This document shows positions 56,077 through 64,000 of a DNA stretch of 64,000 bases, in pieces. The notes under the pieces are model-generated. The model was given only the letters and a program-made list of their open reading frames with translations. It searched no databases and was not told the origin of the DNA. The position numbers and the translations under genes are program-made. The stretch's first letter is position 1; each line of letters opens with the position of its first letter. The DNA comes from a virus (lineage: Duplodnaviria > Caudoviricetes), in IMG/VR virus record IMGVR_UViG_3300037249_000354, positions 557 through 64,556 of that record, one strand, 5' to 3'.

Positions 56077-56862
56077 TTAGGTCAAAGGCCAGTTGCCTGT
56101 GATAGCGGTATTGGCGTAGTCAAATGTCGTAAGTTTGGTGAGGTTGGCGAGAGAAGATGTGTCACCTGTGACACCAGTGTTACTCAAATACAATAACGTA
56201 AGGTTTGTGTGGTTTGCTAACGCATTGATATTACCTGTAAGTCTATTGCCTAAATTAGCTAAACCTATAACACTAGCATTTTCCACAGACATACAATTTG
56301 CAACATCAGTCATTGTGCCTTTTATATGTGGCGTTGAGCAGTTAAGGTGTATGAGGTTTTTGCCTGACAAAGAACTTATATCGCCAGTAACATCTTTTGT
56401 GCCTGTGCCATATAAAAAGATTTTTTCTATTTGGGGCAAATAACTAAAGGTCAATAGGTCACCGTTGATTTTTGAAAGCCTTAAAGTCGCACTTCTAAGA
56501 GAGGAAAATCCCATGAGAGATTCAATATTAAATTCCTTTCCTTCTCCTATATTGAACTCGGCAATTCTTTGTTTCTGAGAAAGTTTCACCATGTATTGAC
56601 CGGGGGATAGGTAATAGGTGTTAGCGTGATAATTTGTTTCGGCTGTTTTTGTTTTACCAAGGTTAGATGTGCCAGTAGAATCAGTAAAATAACCGTCCCC
56701 TACTATAGTCATTTCGACATTAGGGTTTGGATAAGCAGAAAAATCAAGACTTACCACTTTGGTGCTATCGACCAAAAATGAAAATTCATCAAGTTTCAGC
56801 AAGCTGTCATCATTCACACTATCTTTTAGTGTTGTTACCAAGCAAGTACCCACTTGTATCAC
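56077..56862 (-). CDS. leucine-rich-repeat protein
   Basis: Repeats such as VTGDISSLSG, LTGNINALANHTNLTLLYLSNTGVTGDTSSLANLTKLT. Confidence 0.8.
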   Translation of the reverse strand: MIQVGTCLVTTLKDSVNDDSLLKLDEFSFLVDSTKVVSLDFSAYPNPNVEMTIVGDGYFTDSTGTSNLGKTKTAETNYHANTYYLSPGQYMVKLSQKQRIAEFNIGEGKEFNIESLMGFSSLRSATLRLSKINGDLLTFSYLPQIEKIFLYGTGTKDVTGDISSLSGKNLIHLNCSTPHIKGTMTDVANCMSVENASVIGLANLGNRLTGNINALANHTNLTLLYLSNTGVTGDTSSLANLTKLTTFDYANTAITGNWPLT

Positions 56863-56867
56863 TCCTT

Positions 56868-58505
56868 TTAACTATTACTATACTCTATAAAGGCCACATC
56901 TTGAAACTCAGAAACATGGCCGTCTATATATTCGCTAAGAAGATTGAAGATTATTTTTGCAAAACACGCATAACCAATAGCAGTATAATGTCCACCTTTT
57001 CTATCGCTTATAATCTGGGGAATTTCAAACAATGCTTGGTTTTCTTGAAGGTCAATGCAATGGACACTTAGATTGTTATCCCTGTAATACTTTACAATAT
57101 CACGGACTGCGTTGTTGTATGGAATATACGCTTCTCCATGCTCAGGCATAGTGAATAGGAATATTTTGGCAGATGAACTTATTTGATGTAACTTTGATAC
57201 AATGGCACTCATACCGCCATAATATGTTTCGGCTTCAGTGCCTATATCTGAATATGTGCCAACAGGAAGTTCACGCCAACAATCATTAAGGCCAAGCCCA
57301 ATCATATATGCCTGAACAAGCCCTTCGCTTGTTGCTTTAGCCAAGCCTCTTTCATCTGTCTGCCAAGACAATACTGTTGCACCACTAACACCGCAATTTA
57401 CCCATTTATTACCAGTCATTGTTTCAATGTAATGAGGCCATGAATATGAGTTATCAACTATACGCGTACCGTCACCTTTAACGATATAACCTTCTGTATA
57501 GCTATCTCCACAACAACAAACCTTCTTGAAAATATTTGCTGAATTATGGAGTGAATCTTTCTGGAGCTTGTTGGATATTTCTGCCACCACATGAGCTGGT
57601 GTACCTTTTGGCCATACAACACTACCGTCTACCCTTACTCCAAACAAGACGCGTTGTTCGCTGTCTGTCATGCAATAGATATATTCACTGTTTTGTGTGT
57701 TACTACCAATATCTCTCAGCCAGTCACCTGTGACCTTGGCTTCTGCTGATTTCCCTGGTGTAGTTAAAGTGTTATCAATGTTTTTTTCAATCGCATTTAC
57801 AATCGGCTTCGGCACACCCTTCTGCCAGGTGAATGTGCCGTCACGCTTGATGCCAAGGATAATATGTCCTTCTGTATCAAGCATGACATATAGATACTCG
57901 TCATTGTCAATGGTTGGTTCTGCAATTTCGTGGATTTTGTCTATCAGGTGGGCAGGTACGCCTTTTTGCCAGTAGAAACTACCATCACGCCTTACGCCAT
58001 AGAGAACGTGCTTTTCACTATCGACGACCACCTTCATGTACTCGTCAGCAAAAGCGGTTTCTGGTATCTCTGGCAATGCTGTGACAGGTACGGCAATATC
58101 TCTTAACCAATCACCTGCGGCCTTGGCATCGGCCGCAGCACCCTCAATCGTAAGGGTTTTATCCGTTTCAAAAGCGGTGCTATTGTACACGCCACCACTA
58201 ACCCATGCTGAACCATTCCAGTAGTACCAGTTTCCTTTGGTGTAGCCTGTTTGATTACCTGTATATACATAGATTTTACTTTTATCCGTCATATCACTGA
58301 CGATGTTAGCTACAAGCGGTGTGCCTACCGATACACGAATCTGCTCAATGGCAGTTCCTTGTGCATCTAGCTTTGCACCATCTTGGGCAATATTTCGCCC
58401 TGCAATGATGCCATTATTGGCATAGACACTACCCCATTTCTTCGCTGTAGTTCCTAAACTTCCTTCGCCATCAGCCCGTGGAACGATACTTCTTGTTGTT
58501 TCCAT
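56868..58505 (-). CDS. tail-spike-like protein with internal repeats and C-terminal SGNH/GDSL hydrolase
   Basis: GDSYT, NCGVSG, GLND, GGHY catalytic blocks; three ~37-aa repeats. Confidence 0.8.
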   Translation of the reverse strand: METTRSIVPRADGEGSLGTTAKKWGSVYANNGIIAGRNIAQDGAKLDAQGTAIEQIRVSVGTPLVANIVSDMTDKSKIYVYTGNQTGYTKGNWYYWNGSAWVSGGVYNSTAFETDKTLTIEGAAADAKAAGDWLRDIAVPVTALPEIPETAFADEYMKVVVDSEKHVLYGVRRDGSFYWQKGVPAHLIDKIHEIAEPTIDNDEYLYVMLDTEGHIILGIKRDGTFTWQKGVPKPIVNAIEKNIDNTLTTPGKSAEAKVTGDWLRDIGSNTQNSEYIYCMTDSEQRVLFGVRVDGSVVWPKGTPAHVVAEISNKLQKDSLHNSANIFKKVCCCGDSYTEGYIVKGDGTRIVDNSYSWPHYIETMTGNKWVNCGVSGATVLSWQTDERGLAKATSEGLVQAYMIGLGLNDCWRELPVGTYSDIGTEAETYYGGMSAIVSKLHQISSSAKIFLFTMPEHGEAYIPYNNAVRDIVKYYRDNNLSVHCIDLQENQALFEIPQIISDRKGGHYTAIGYACFAKIIFNLLSEYIDGHVSEFQDVAFIEYSNS

Positions 58506-58520
58506 ATAAACTTCCCCCTG

Positions 58521-59246
58521 TCAAGCAAAAAGTGCCTGAATATCTGTTTTGGTTATGTCAATCCAATTAACAGATTCCCCGCCAGAACCACCGTTACGGG
58601 TGTCTCCTTCGCCCCAAGGCATTATGTTACCATTGGCATCTAACTGCCAATCATAAGCGAATGTCGGATTAAGTGCAGGCATTAAATTACCTTGAATGTC
58701 AACATCAAAGTAATCATCAGCTCCTAGTACACTAAGCCTTACCCAATCAGGAGATTTATCTGGGTAAGTGCCAGCAGGGACATTTATGCCAACACACCGA
58801 TATGTATTGCCGTCAACATAAGAAACAACATCGGGATAGCTATACATCTTTGTACTGCTCCACGCAGGTGCTTGCATAGCCCAAATGCCAGCCACCGCAT
58901 TTTCTGCGCGTTCAACCAAAGTTGCCGTATTGGTCGCTTGGTTGCTTGCGGTGTTAGCTGAATTTCTAGCGTCGTTTGCACTATCCTTGGCATCATCAGC
59001 ATAGCCAGCCGCCGATATTGCGCTTGCTTCTGCACTGTTGGCATATCGTCTTGCCTGTTCAGCAGAATTACCGGTACTAATTTCATGTTGATGTGCTTTA
59101 TTCGCTGAACCTAAAGCGTTCAGTTCACTTTGTTTTGCTCTAGCTGCACTATTAGCAGCGTTTGCTTCTGAAACTGCTACATCTTGTAGGTAATCGGGGC
59201 CTTGTACAAAATTTACCGCAAGTACACTTCCTACCACATCAGCCAT
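58521..59246 (-). CDS. tail fibre/baseplate protein with carbohydrate-binding-like module
   Basis: Ala/Ser-rich coiled coil, then APAWSSTKMYSYPDVVSYVDGNTYRC...PDW. Confidence 0.65.
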   Translation of the reverse strand: MADVVGSVLAVNFVQGPDYLQDVAVSEANAANSAARAKQSELNALGSANKAHQHEISTGNSAEQARRYANSAEASAISAAGYADDAKDSANDARNSANTASNQATNTATLVERAENAVAGIWAMQAPAWSSTKMYSYPDVVSYVDGNTYRCVGINVPAGTYPDKSPDWVRLSVLGADDYFDVDIQGNLMPALNPTFAYDWQLDANGNIMPWGEGDTRNGGSGGESVNWIDITKTDIQALFA

Positions 59247-59261
59247 TCAATGTCCCTCCTT

Positions 59262-59612
59262 TCAGCTTGTCGTAATATCTGGTTTTAGTATATATGGGAA
59301 AGCACCGATTGTCTTGTACTCCTGCCGATTTTCATGCGTGAAAACAACCTGTATATCATACCAATATGTACCGTATGTTAGGTTGATTGTATCGCTATGA
59401 TTGATGGTACAGGGAGTATCTTGGTCGAAAGTTTTTTGAAGAAGGTACGCCGTATCATCAGGATATTGTCTGACTGAGAGTGTAGCCGAATAGCTATCTA
59501 TAGGCATACCATCTAAATCTGCTTTCAAAGAGAACATTGCGGTGTCCCCACGAATATGCACGATTGTGCCATCTTCCTGAATAACGAAAGACTTTACAAT
59601 TCTTCTTTTCAT
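59262..59612 (-). CDS. BppU-like baseplate/adaptor protein
   Basis: HIRGDT...TINHSDTINLTYGTYWYDIQ. Confidence 0.65.
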   Translation of the reverse strand: MKRRIVKSFVIQEDGTIVHIRGDTAMFSLKADLDGMPIDSYSATLSVRQYPDDTAYLLQKTFDQDTPCTINHSDTINLTYGTYWYDIQVVFTHENRQEYKTIGAFPYILKPDITTS

Positions 59613-59623
59613 ATCTTCACCAC

Positions 59624-62386
59624 CTAAATAATGCCGTACACGATGTAGTTTATCGTTCTCTCCGTGTCAATCGGCAAAATTTCATTGTCATTGTATACAG
59701 TTACATCAAAACCTGTGGTTGTCATGTTGGTAATATTCAACACATCACCGAACTCACCATCTATGATAATGGCTTGCGGGTAAGGAGCACGTTGATATGC
59801 TTGGGTGTAACTGATGGTTATGGTATCGCCAAGTTCTAATGTTTCCGTTCCGCTTTCGGTTGCGGAGCCTGTATTGTAGCCATGAATAGTAATAGGATAA
59901 GGAGTTACCTGCGATAAATCTTGCCCAACCGTTCCAAACACATTGGCACTGCATAGCTTAACCCAATAGGTGTTGCCTATTGCATTTGCGTTAAATGGGA
60001 TTTTCAGAGGAATATTTGTATCACATCTTACAAATTTCGCCCCAGCATTATGTGTTTTGATATTGCCTCCATAAATGCCACGTTGCAGATACGATAAATT
60101 GTATTGATTAGCCCCTATGAGTTCAGCATTTTCATACGAGATAAATTCGCCGTTGCCTTCTCCTGCAATCCAGCAAAGAGTGGCGTACTCATCGGCCTCT
60201 TTCCTTGTCGCACCAGTCAGATTGCCATTAGACATTGATAAATCAACACCTAATGTATTTTCTGTATCTGGCGTTGAGTGAACTGGTAGAACATTAGTGG
60301 TAACTCCCTGTCTTGCAGGTTGGCTTATCGAACCCATATAGTTATAAGAGTTCCCATCACCAGAAACCCATACGCTACAACTGCCCCACCATCGACTACT
60401 GCCGCTGGCGTAAATCCAAACTTCGTGGCCTGTTGCGCTCTGAACCAATGGAGAAGGTGCCTCAAACATGATGGGAGCATTGGCATCCCCAGGTGGTGAA
60501 TTTGTTTCTGATACTGCCCTATCTGATGCTTGAGTAGAATAAGCAGGTGCCGTTGTGATACCGCTGAGATTATCCTCAAAAGTAATCTCAAGCGTAAAAT
60601 CTTCCTGGCTTTCAACTATCTCAACCACCCTTACGGTTGTAACACCCAACTTTGCTAGACTGGATTCAAGCGTAACCGCATCCATTGGCTCAAGCAGAAT
60701 AAATTCTTGCCCTAGCTTCACCGTGTATCTGTTACGGTTGTAGAGTTGCTTTTGCAGAATTAACTGTGCCACGGCCTGTGCAAGGCTTTGGTTCATTATC
60801 TCCGGGTGAGAGTATGTACCTGCTTGTCTTACGCCGTGAAGTTCAATGTCGCCCTCATCGGTAGCATACACCACATTTGAATTGTACTGGTCAGCCCTGC
60901 TTGTATGTTCAAGAGGAATGATGTTATATGTATCAGCCTGTGATGTTCTCTCAATTCGTAGTGTATCTTCGCCTTGGTTTATAATGTTTTTGTCGGTAAT
61001 CGCATAGTTGGGTGGCAATCCGTCCCAATAAGGGATAATTTTTACTTTGCCTTGCGAGAACACATACTCACTGTTTGTACACTCCATCAGACTGCCGATA
61101 ATGTCACTACATGAAGTCTGGTCAGCGTAGACGGGAGAAAGCAGTAGTTGATTGTTCTTGCAGTAGTTTGAGTATGCAGCAAGGGCTTCTTCGTCAATCA
61201 GTACATCCGGGAAATTTTCTCCGTACACCGTGGATATAAGAAGTGTCCAGATTATATCTCTTGGGTTAGCGTCTGTGGGAGTATAATCAACTGTGGCCTG
61301 TATAGCTGTGTAATAGATTCTGATGTATGTAGGGTCAACCCTTGCCATGCCATCGTCCCTATCATCAAAGTTGAATGTATATGTGTAAACCCCAGGTTTA
61401 GGATTATCTGCGGAATCTTTGGATTGTTCAACAGTATAATATCGACTGTCCAAAGTTACCCACGCACCAACCCCATTAGCAGGATTAAACACATACTCCT
61501 CAACGTATCTATTGGCCTGAAAGTTGCTTATTTCTATCTCTTTTTGGTACGAAAATTGTTGCATCTTTTGGTTGCTAGGCATTACGCCTGTGGGGGTATA
61601 TGCTTTTTTATAAGAGACAGAAACCGTTACTGTTTTTTCGCCTCCACCAACCAGCGCAGAGAAAGTGCCGTTTATGGTGAAAACATTTTCATTTATAGAG
61701 TATGAATGTTTTTCGTTGTTTGCTTTTCCCGTTATATAAACATCAACAGAGTTTATACTCACATAATCTTCTAATGTCAGCGACATTGAGTATGAGTAAT
61801 CCTCTATGTATTTCACGGTGCCAGTTTTTATTGGCTGTGTTTGCCCACTCACAGTAGCATCAGGGCTTTGTGTAGGTATGACATTTTGACATAGCCCATA
61901 TACTTCAAAATTCATGTTGGGGAGAGAAGCGGCGTCACCCAAATCAACCACACCGGCAAGATAACTTGTGCCACTATATGTCAGTGCATGGTCTGGATGC
62001 TTTGACATCATATAGCCCCAAGGTGCTTGCGCCTTTTCTCCACCAAAGAAGGTCAATCCCATTGAAGCCAAATCAGTAGTTTTGGAGTTAGCCCAAATTT
62101 GTCCAACCCCTGTGCATCTGCCTTCTCCCAAAGCTACCAATCCAGCCACAGAGTAGGTATATTTCACATCAGTTTGAGTTACCTCACCGCCACCCTTGCC
62201 GCCACTTGTGGTGGTGGTTTCGTGGGCGTGTGCCGTGAAATCTTGATAGTCCATCAGCACACCGCTTATCATAGCGGTTCCAAAAATCAGCTTAATTGGT
62301 GCGCCGTAAGAAGATTGATTTACCTGAAAGGATGATATGCGTTGAGTTGAGGTTGTTACTGAAGAACCTCCACCAAAAAGCCCCAT
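59624..62386 (-). CDS. central tail tip / host-specificity protein (gpJ-like)
   Basis: SSYGAPIKLIFGT, PNMNFEV, ANPRDII, LEPMDAV motifs. Confidence 0.85.
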   Translation of the reverse strand: MGLFGGGSSVTTSTQRISSFQVNQSSYGAPIKLIFGTAMISGVLMDYQDFTAHAHETTTTSGGKGGGEVTQTDVKYTYSVAGLVALGEGRCTGVGQIWANSKTTDLASMGLTFFGGEKAQAPWGYMMSKHPDHALTYSGTSYLAGVVDLGDAASLPNMNFEVYGLCQNVIPTQSPDATVSGQTQPIKTGTVKYIEDYSYSMSLTLEDYVSINSVDVYITGKANNEKHSYSINENVFTINGTFSALVGGGEKTVTVSVSYKKAYTPTGVMPSNQKMQQFSYQKEIEISNFQANRYVEEYVFNPANGVGAWVTLDSRYYTVEQSKDSADNPKPGVYTYTFNFDDRDDGMARVDPTYIRIYYTAIQATVDYTPTDANPRDIIWTLLISTVYGENFPDVLIDEEALAAYSNYCKNNQLLLSPVYADQTSCSDIIGSLMECTNSEYVFSQGKVKIIPYWDGLPPNYAITDKNIINQGEDTLRIERTSQADTYNIIPLEHTSRADQYNSNVVYATDEGDIELHGVRQAGTYSHPEIMNQSLAQAVAQLILQKQLYNRNRYTVKLGQEFILLEPMDAVTLESSLAKLGVTTVRVVEIVESQEDFTLEITFEDNLSGITTAPAYSTQASDRAVSETNSPPGDANAPIMFEAPSPLVQSATGHEVWIYASGSSRWWGSCSVWVSGDGNSYNYMGSISQPARQGVTTNVLPVHSTPDTENTLGVDLSMSNGNLTGATRKEADEYATLCWIAGEGNGEFISYENAELIGANQYNLSYLQRGIYGGNIKTHNAGAKFVRCDTNIPLKIPFNANAIGNTYWVKLCSANVFGTVGQDLSQVTPYPITIHGYNTGSATESGTETLELGDTITISYTQAYQRAPYPQAIIIDGEFGDVLNITNMTTTGFDVTVYNDNEILPIDTERTINYIVYGII

Positions 62387-62839
62387 TTACGTCACCGCCC
62401 ATCTTGATAGGCGATACACACCATACAAGGCGTGTTTATATCCTTTGATGTTTGAGAGAATTACACCCTGCCGTGTGTAAGAATGAATCATATATTCATC
62501 GTCACACACAAACGCTGCATGATGAGGCACCTTACTACCTGCGAACTTGAAAACGAGAATATCACCTGGCTTCTTATCCTCAAAGTTCACCTCGAAGCAA
62601 TGCTCTTTAATCTTCATCAAGTATCTGGGCGTAGCACAATGGCAAGCAATATCCTCTGGATAGTACGGCAAGTCGATATGTGGGATAAAGCCCACATTCT
62701 CTGTCACTCCCAAAAGGAACGTGCCGCAATCACACCCTGCGCCCTTCATTCTGCCAGCCGTGTGATAAGGTGTACCCAACCATTCTTTAGCTTCTGCAAT
62801 AAGGGCTTCACGCTCTATATTTTCTTGTTCTAAATTCAT
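62387..62839 (-). CDS. NlpC/P60 tail-tip peptidase
   Basis: WLGTPYH...GCDC, PGDILVF, HHAA...HSY. Confidence 0.9.
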   Translation of the reverse strand: MNLEQENIEREALIAEAKEWLGTPYHTAGRMKGAGCDCGTFLLGVTENVGFIPHIDLPYYPEDIACHCATPRYLMKIKEHCFEVNFEDKKPGDILVFKFAGSKVPHHAAFVCDDEYMIHSYTRQGVILSNIKGYKHALYGVYRLSRWAVT

Positions 62840-62851
62840 GGTTGCACCTCC

Positions 62852-63772
62852 TTACAAAAGCACGTTCTGACAGGGCAAAAACGGAAAACCTCGGAAGTTT
62901 GCCATATTGTTGTACCCCTGGCAAGCTACCATTGTTTTTGCACACCCACGCCAAAAGGTGAATGTATCACCTGCGTTTACTGGATTCTTATAGGGTTCTG
63001 CCGGTACTGCCGTATTTCCGCTAAACCACTTGATTGAACGAGAAACGCCAACATTGGCACCGCTAGTGCATAGCATTGTGCCTTGAGTGAAATGTCCATC
63101 AGGGAACCCTTCGGGGATTACAATGCCCATCTTAGAACTACCGCCCAATGCCGTTACATTGCTGGCAAAACTTGCTTTGTTCAGCCCACACATAGAATCA
63201 CAGAAGCGATTTAGGCATGATGGTTTAATCAGATTTCTTGGAAGTTGAGCATTAAGCAAATCAGTGGGAGATTTAACATCAAGAAGTGCTTGTGTCAGCC
63301 TCACTTCCTCTACATCTATACGCCCAAAGAATCGTGCTTTGAGAACATAGTCCGTAGAAATATTGGGCATTTCATACTGCCAAGGTATTGGAGAGTATAA
63401 CCTATCAAGCGACACATATGCCCCATCAAACACCCCACCTTGTAATGCTTCTATATACGTTACGTTCAGTTCTGGAATAACATCACTAGGAGTATAATTG
63501 ATTGTTACTTCCATGTTAGTAGTTTCTATGCCTGTTTTTTCGTTAATGTCCTCATGCTGGATAGGGCTATGCAGGTATTTGTTACCACCCACGGTCAAGT
63601 CAACATCATGGCCTGTCCTGAGAAGGATAGTGCCTGAGTTGAAGTAACCTGAGTTGTAGGACAAGTCCATCTTCAGCCAGAAGGTATAGAGTTCAGCGAT
63701 ATACCATGTTTTGCGCTTTCCCTGCATATATTCAGTTAAAAGGCTCCTTAAAGATTCAGAACACGCTTTCAC
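62852..63772 (-). CDS. DUF2163/BR0599-like baseplate hub protein (gpL-like)
   Basis: CLNRFCDSMCGL, GCAKTMVACQGYNNMANFRGFPFLP Cys motifs; GTG start after GGAGG. Confidence 0.85.
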   Translation of the reverse strand: MKACSESLRSLLTEYMQGKRKTWYIAELYTFWLKMDLSYNSGYFNSGTILLRTGHDVDLTVGGNKYLHSPIQHEDINEKTGIETTNMEVTINYTPSDVIPELNVTYIEALQGGVFDGAYVSLDRLYSPIPWQYEMPNISTDYVLKARFFGRIDVEEVRLTQALLDVKSPTDLLNAQLPRNLIKPSCLNRFCDSMCGLNKASFASNVTALGGSSKMGIVIPEGFPDGHFTQGTMLCTSGANVGVSRSIKWFSGNTAVPAEPYKNPVNAGDTFTFWRGCAKTMVACQGYNNMANFRGFPFLPCQNVLL

Positions 63773-63796
63773 AATATACCTCCAAGCAATATGCAA

Positions 63797-64000
63797 TTAC
63801 GTTGAAACAATCTGCGTTCCTGCTGTAGGTATGCTTGCATAACCATCGCTTTCTGTATCGTGATACATTGTCCACATTTTTCTGCCGTAATTGTGGACAC
63901 CTTCTGTCATCACAACGAACTTGTAAGTAAACCACTCATACGGTAATTTTGCCCACAATTCGCAAGCGGCACTATTTGAGCTAGGAACCACCAGTACAAA
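63797..64000 (-). CDS. C-terminal end of a gene entering from beyond the window (probably the tail fibre starting at 1350)
   Basis: Minus frame open from 64000 to TAA at 63797; gene order fits circular permutation. Confidence 0.5.
   Translation of the reverse strand, partial: FVLVVPSSNSAACELWAKLPYEWFTYKFVVMTEGVHNYGRKMWTMYHDTESDGYASIPTAGTQIVST

Noticed and set aside
1-64000. tRNA/rRNA genes
   Set aside because: No cloverleaf or rRNA-like sequence was recognised by eye; a tRNAscan-SE run would be needed to exclude them.

Overview
A near-complete temperate siphovirus genome that appears circularly permuted: the tail-fibre ORF leaving the window at position 1 and the ORF entering at 64000 fit one continuous tail module, and the integrase/endolysin junction (candidate attP) is intact. 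Firmicutes-style RBSs, a serine integrase and a DUF2460/DUF2163/NlpC/gpJ-type tail tip suggest a Negativicutes-like host (inference). Almost all genes are on the minus strand. In genome order: cI and integrase (plus strand), cro, antirepressor, recombination/replication genes, many small early genes, a split C5 DNA methyltransferase, terminase, head, tail and lysis. Three loci stand out. (1) A nuclease-less IS110/Nop-domain protein (41870-42865) is followed 5 nt after its stop by 20 tandem ~35-nt units with two alternating repeats and two 8-nt variable spacers; this is TIGR-Tas (TasA-type) architecture with a non-canonical unit. (2) The TerL intein keeps the terminase frame open while hiding a complete Zn-finger/HNH endonuclease ORF, with its own Shine-Dalgarno, in the +1 frame. 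(3) The split methyltransferase has a G10 tract at the split. All family assignments come from motif recognition by eye; no database searches were run.
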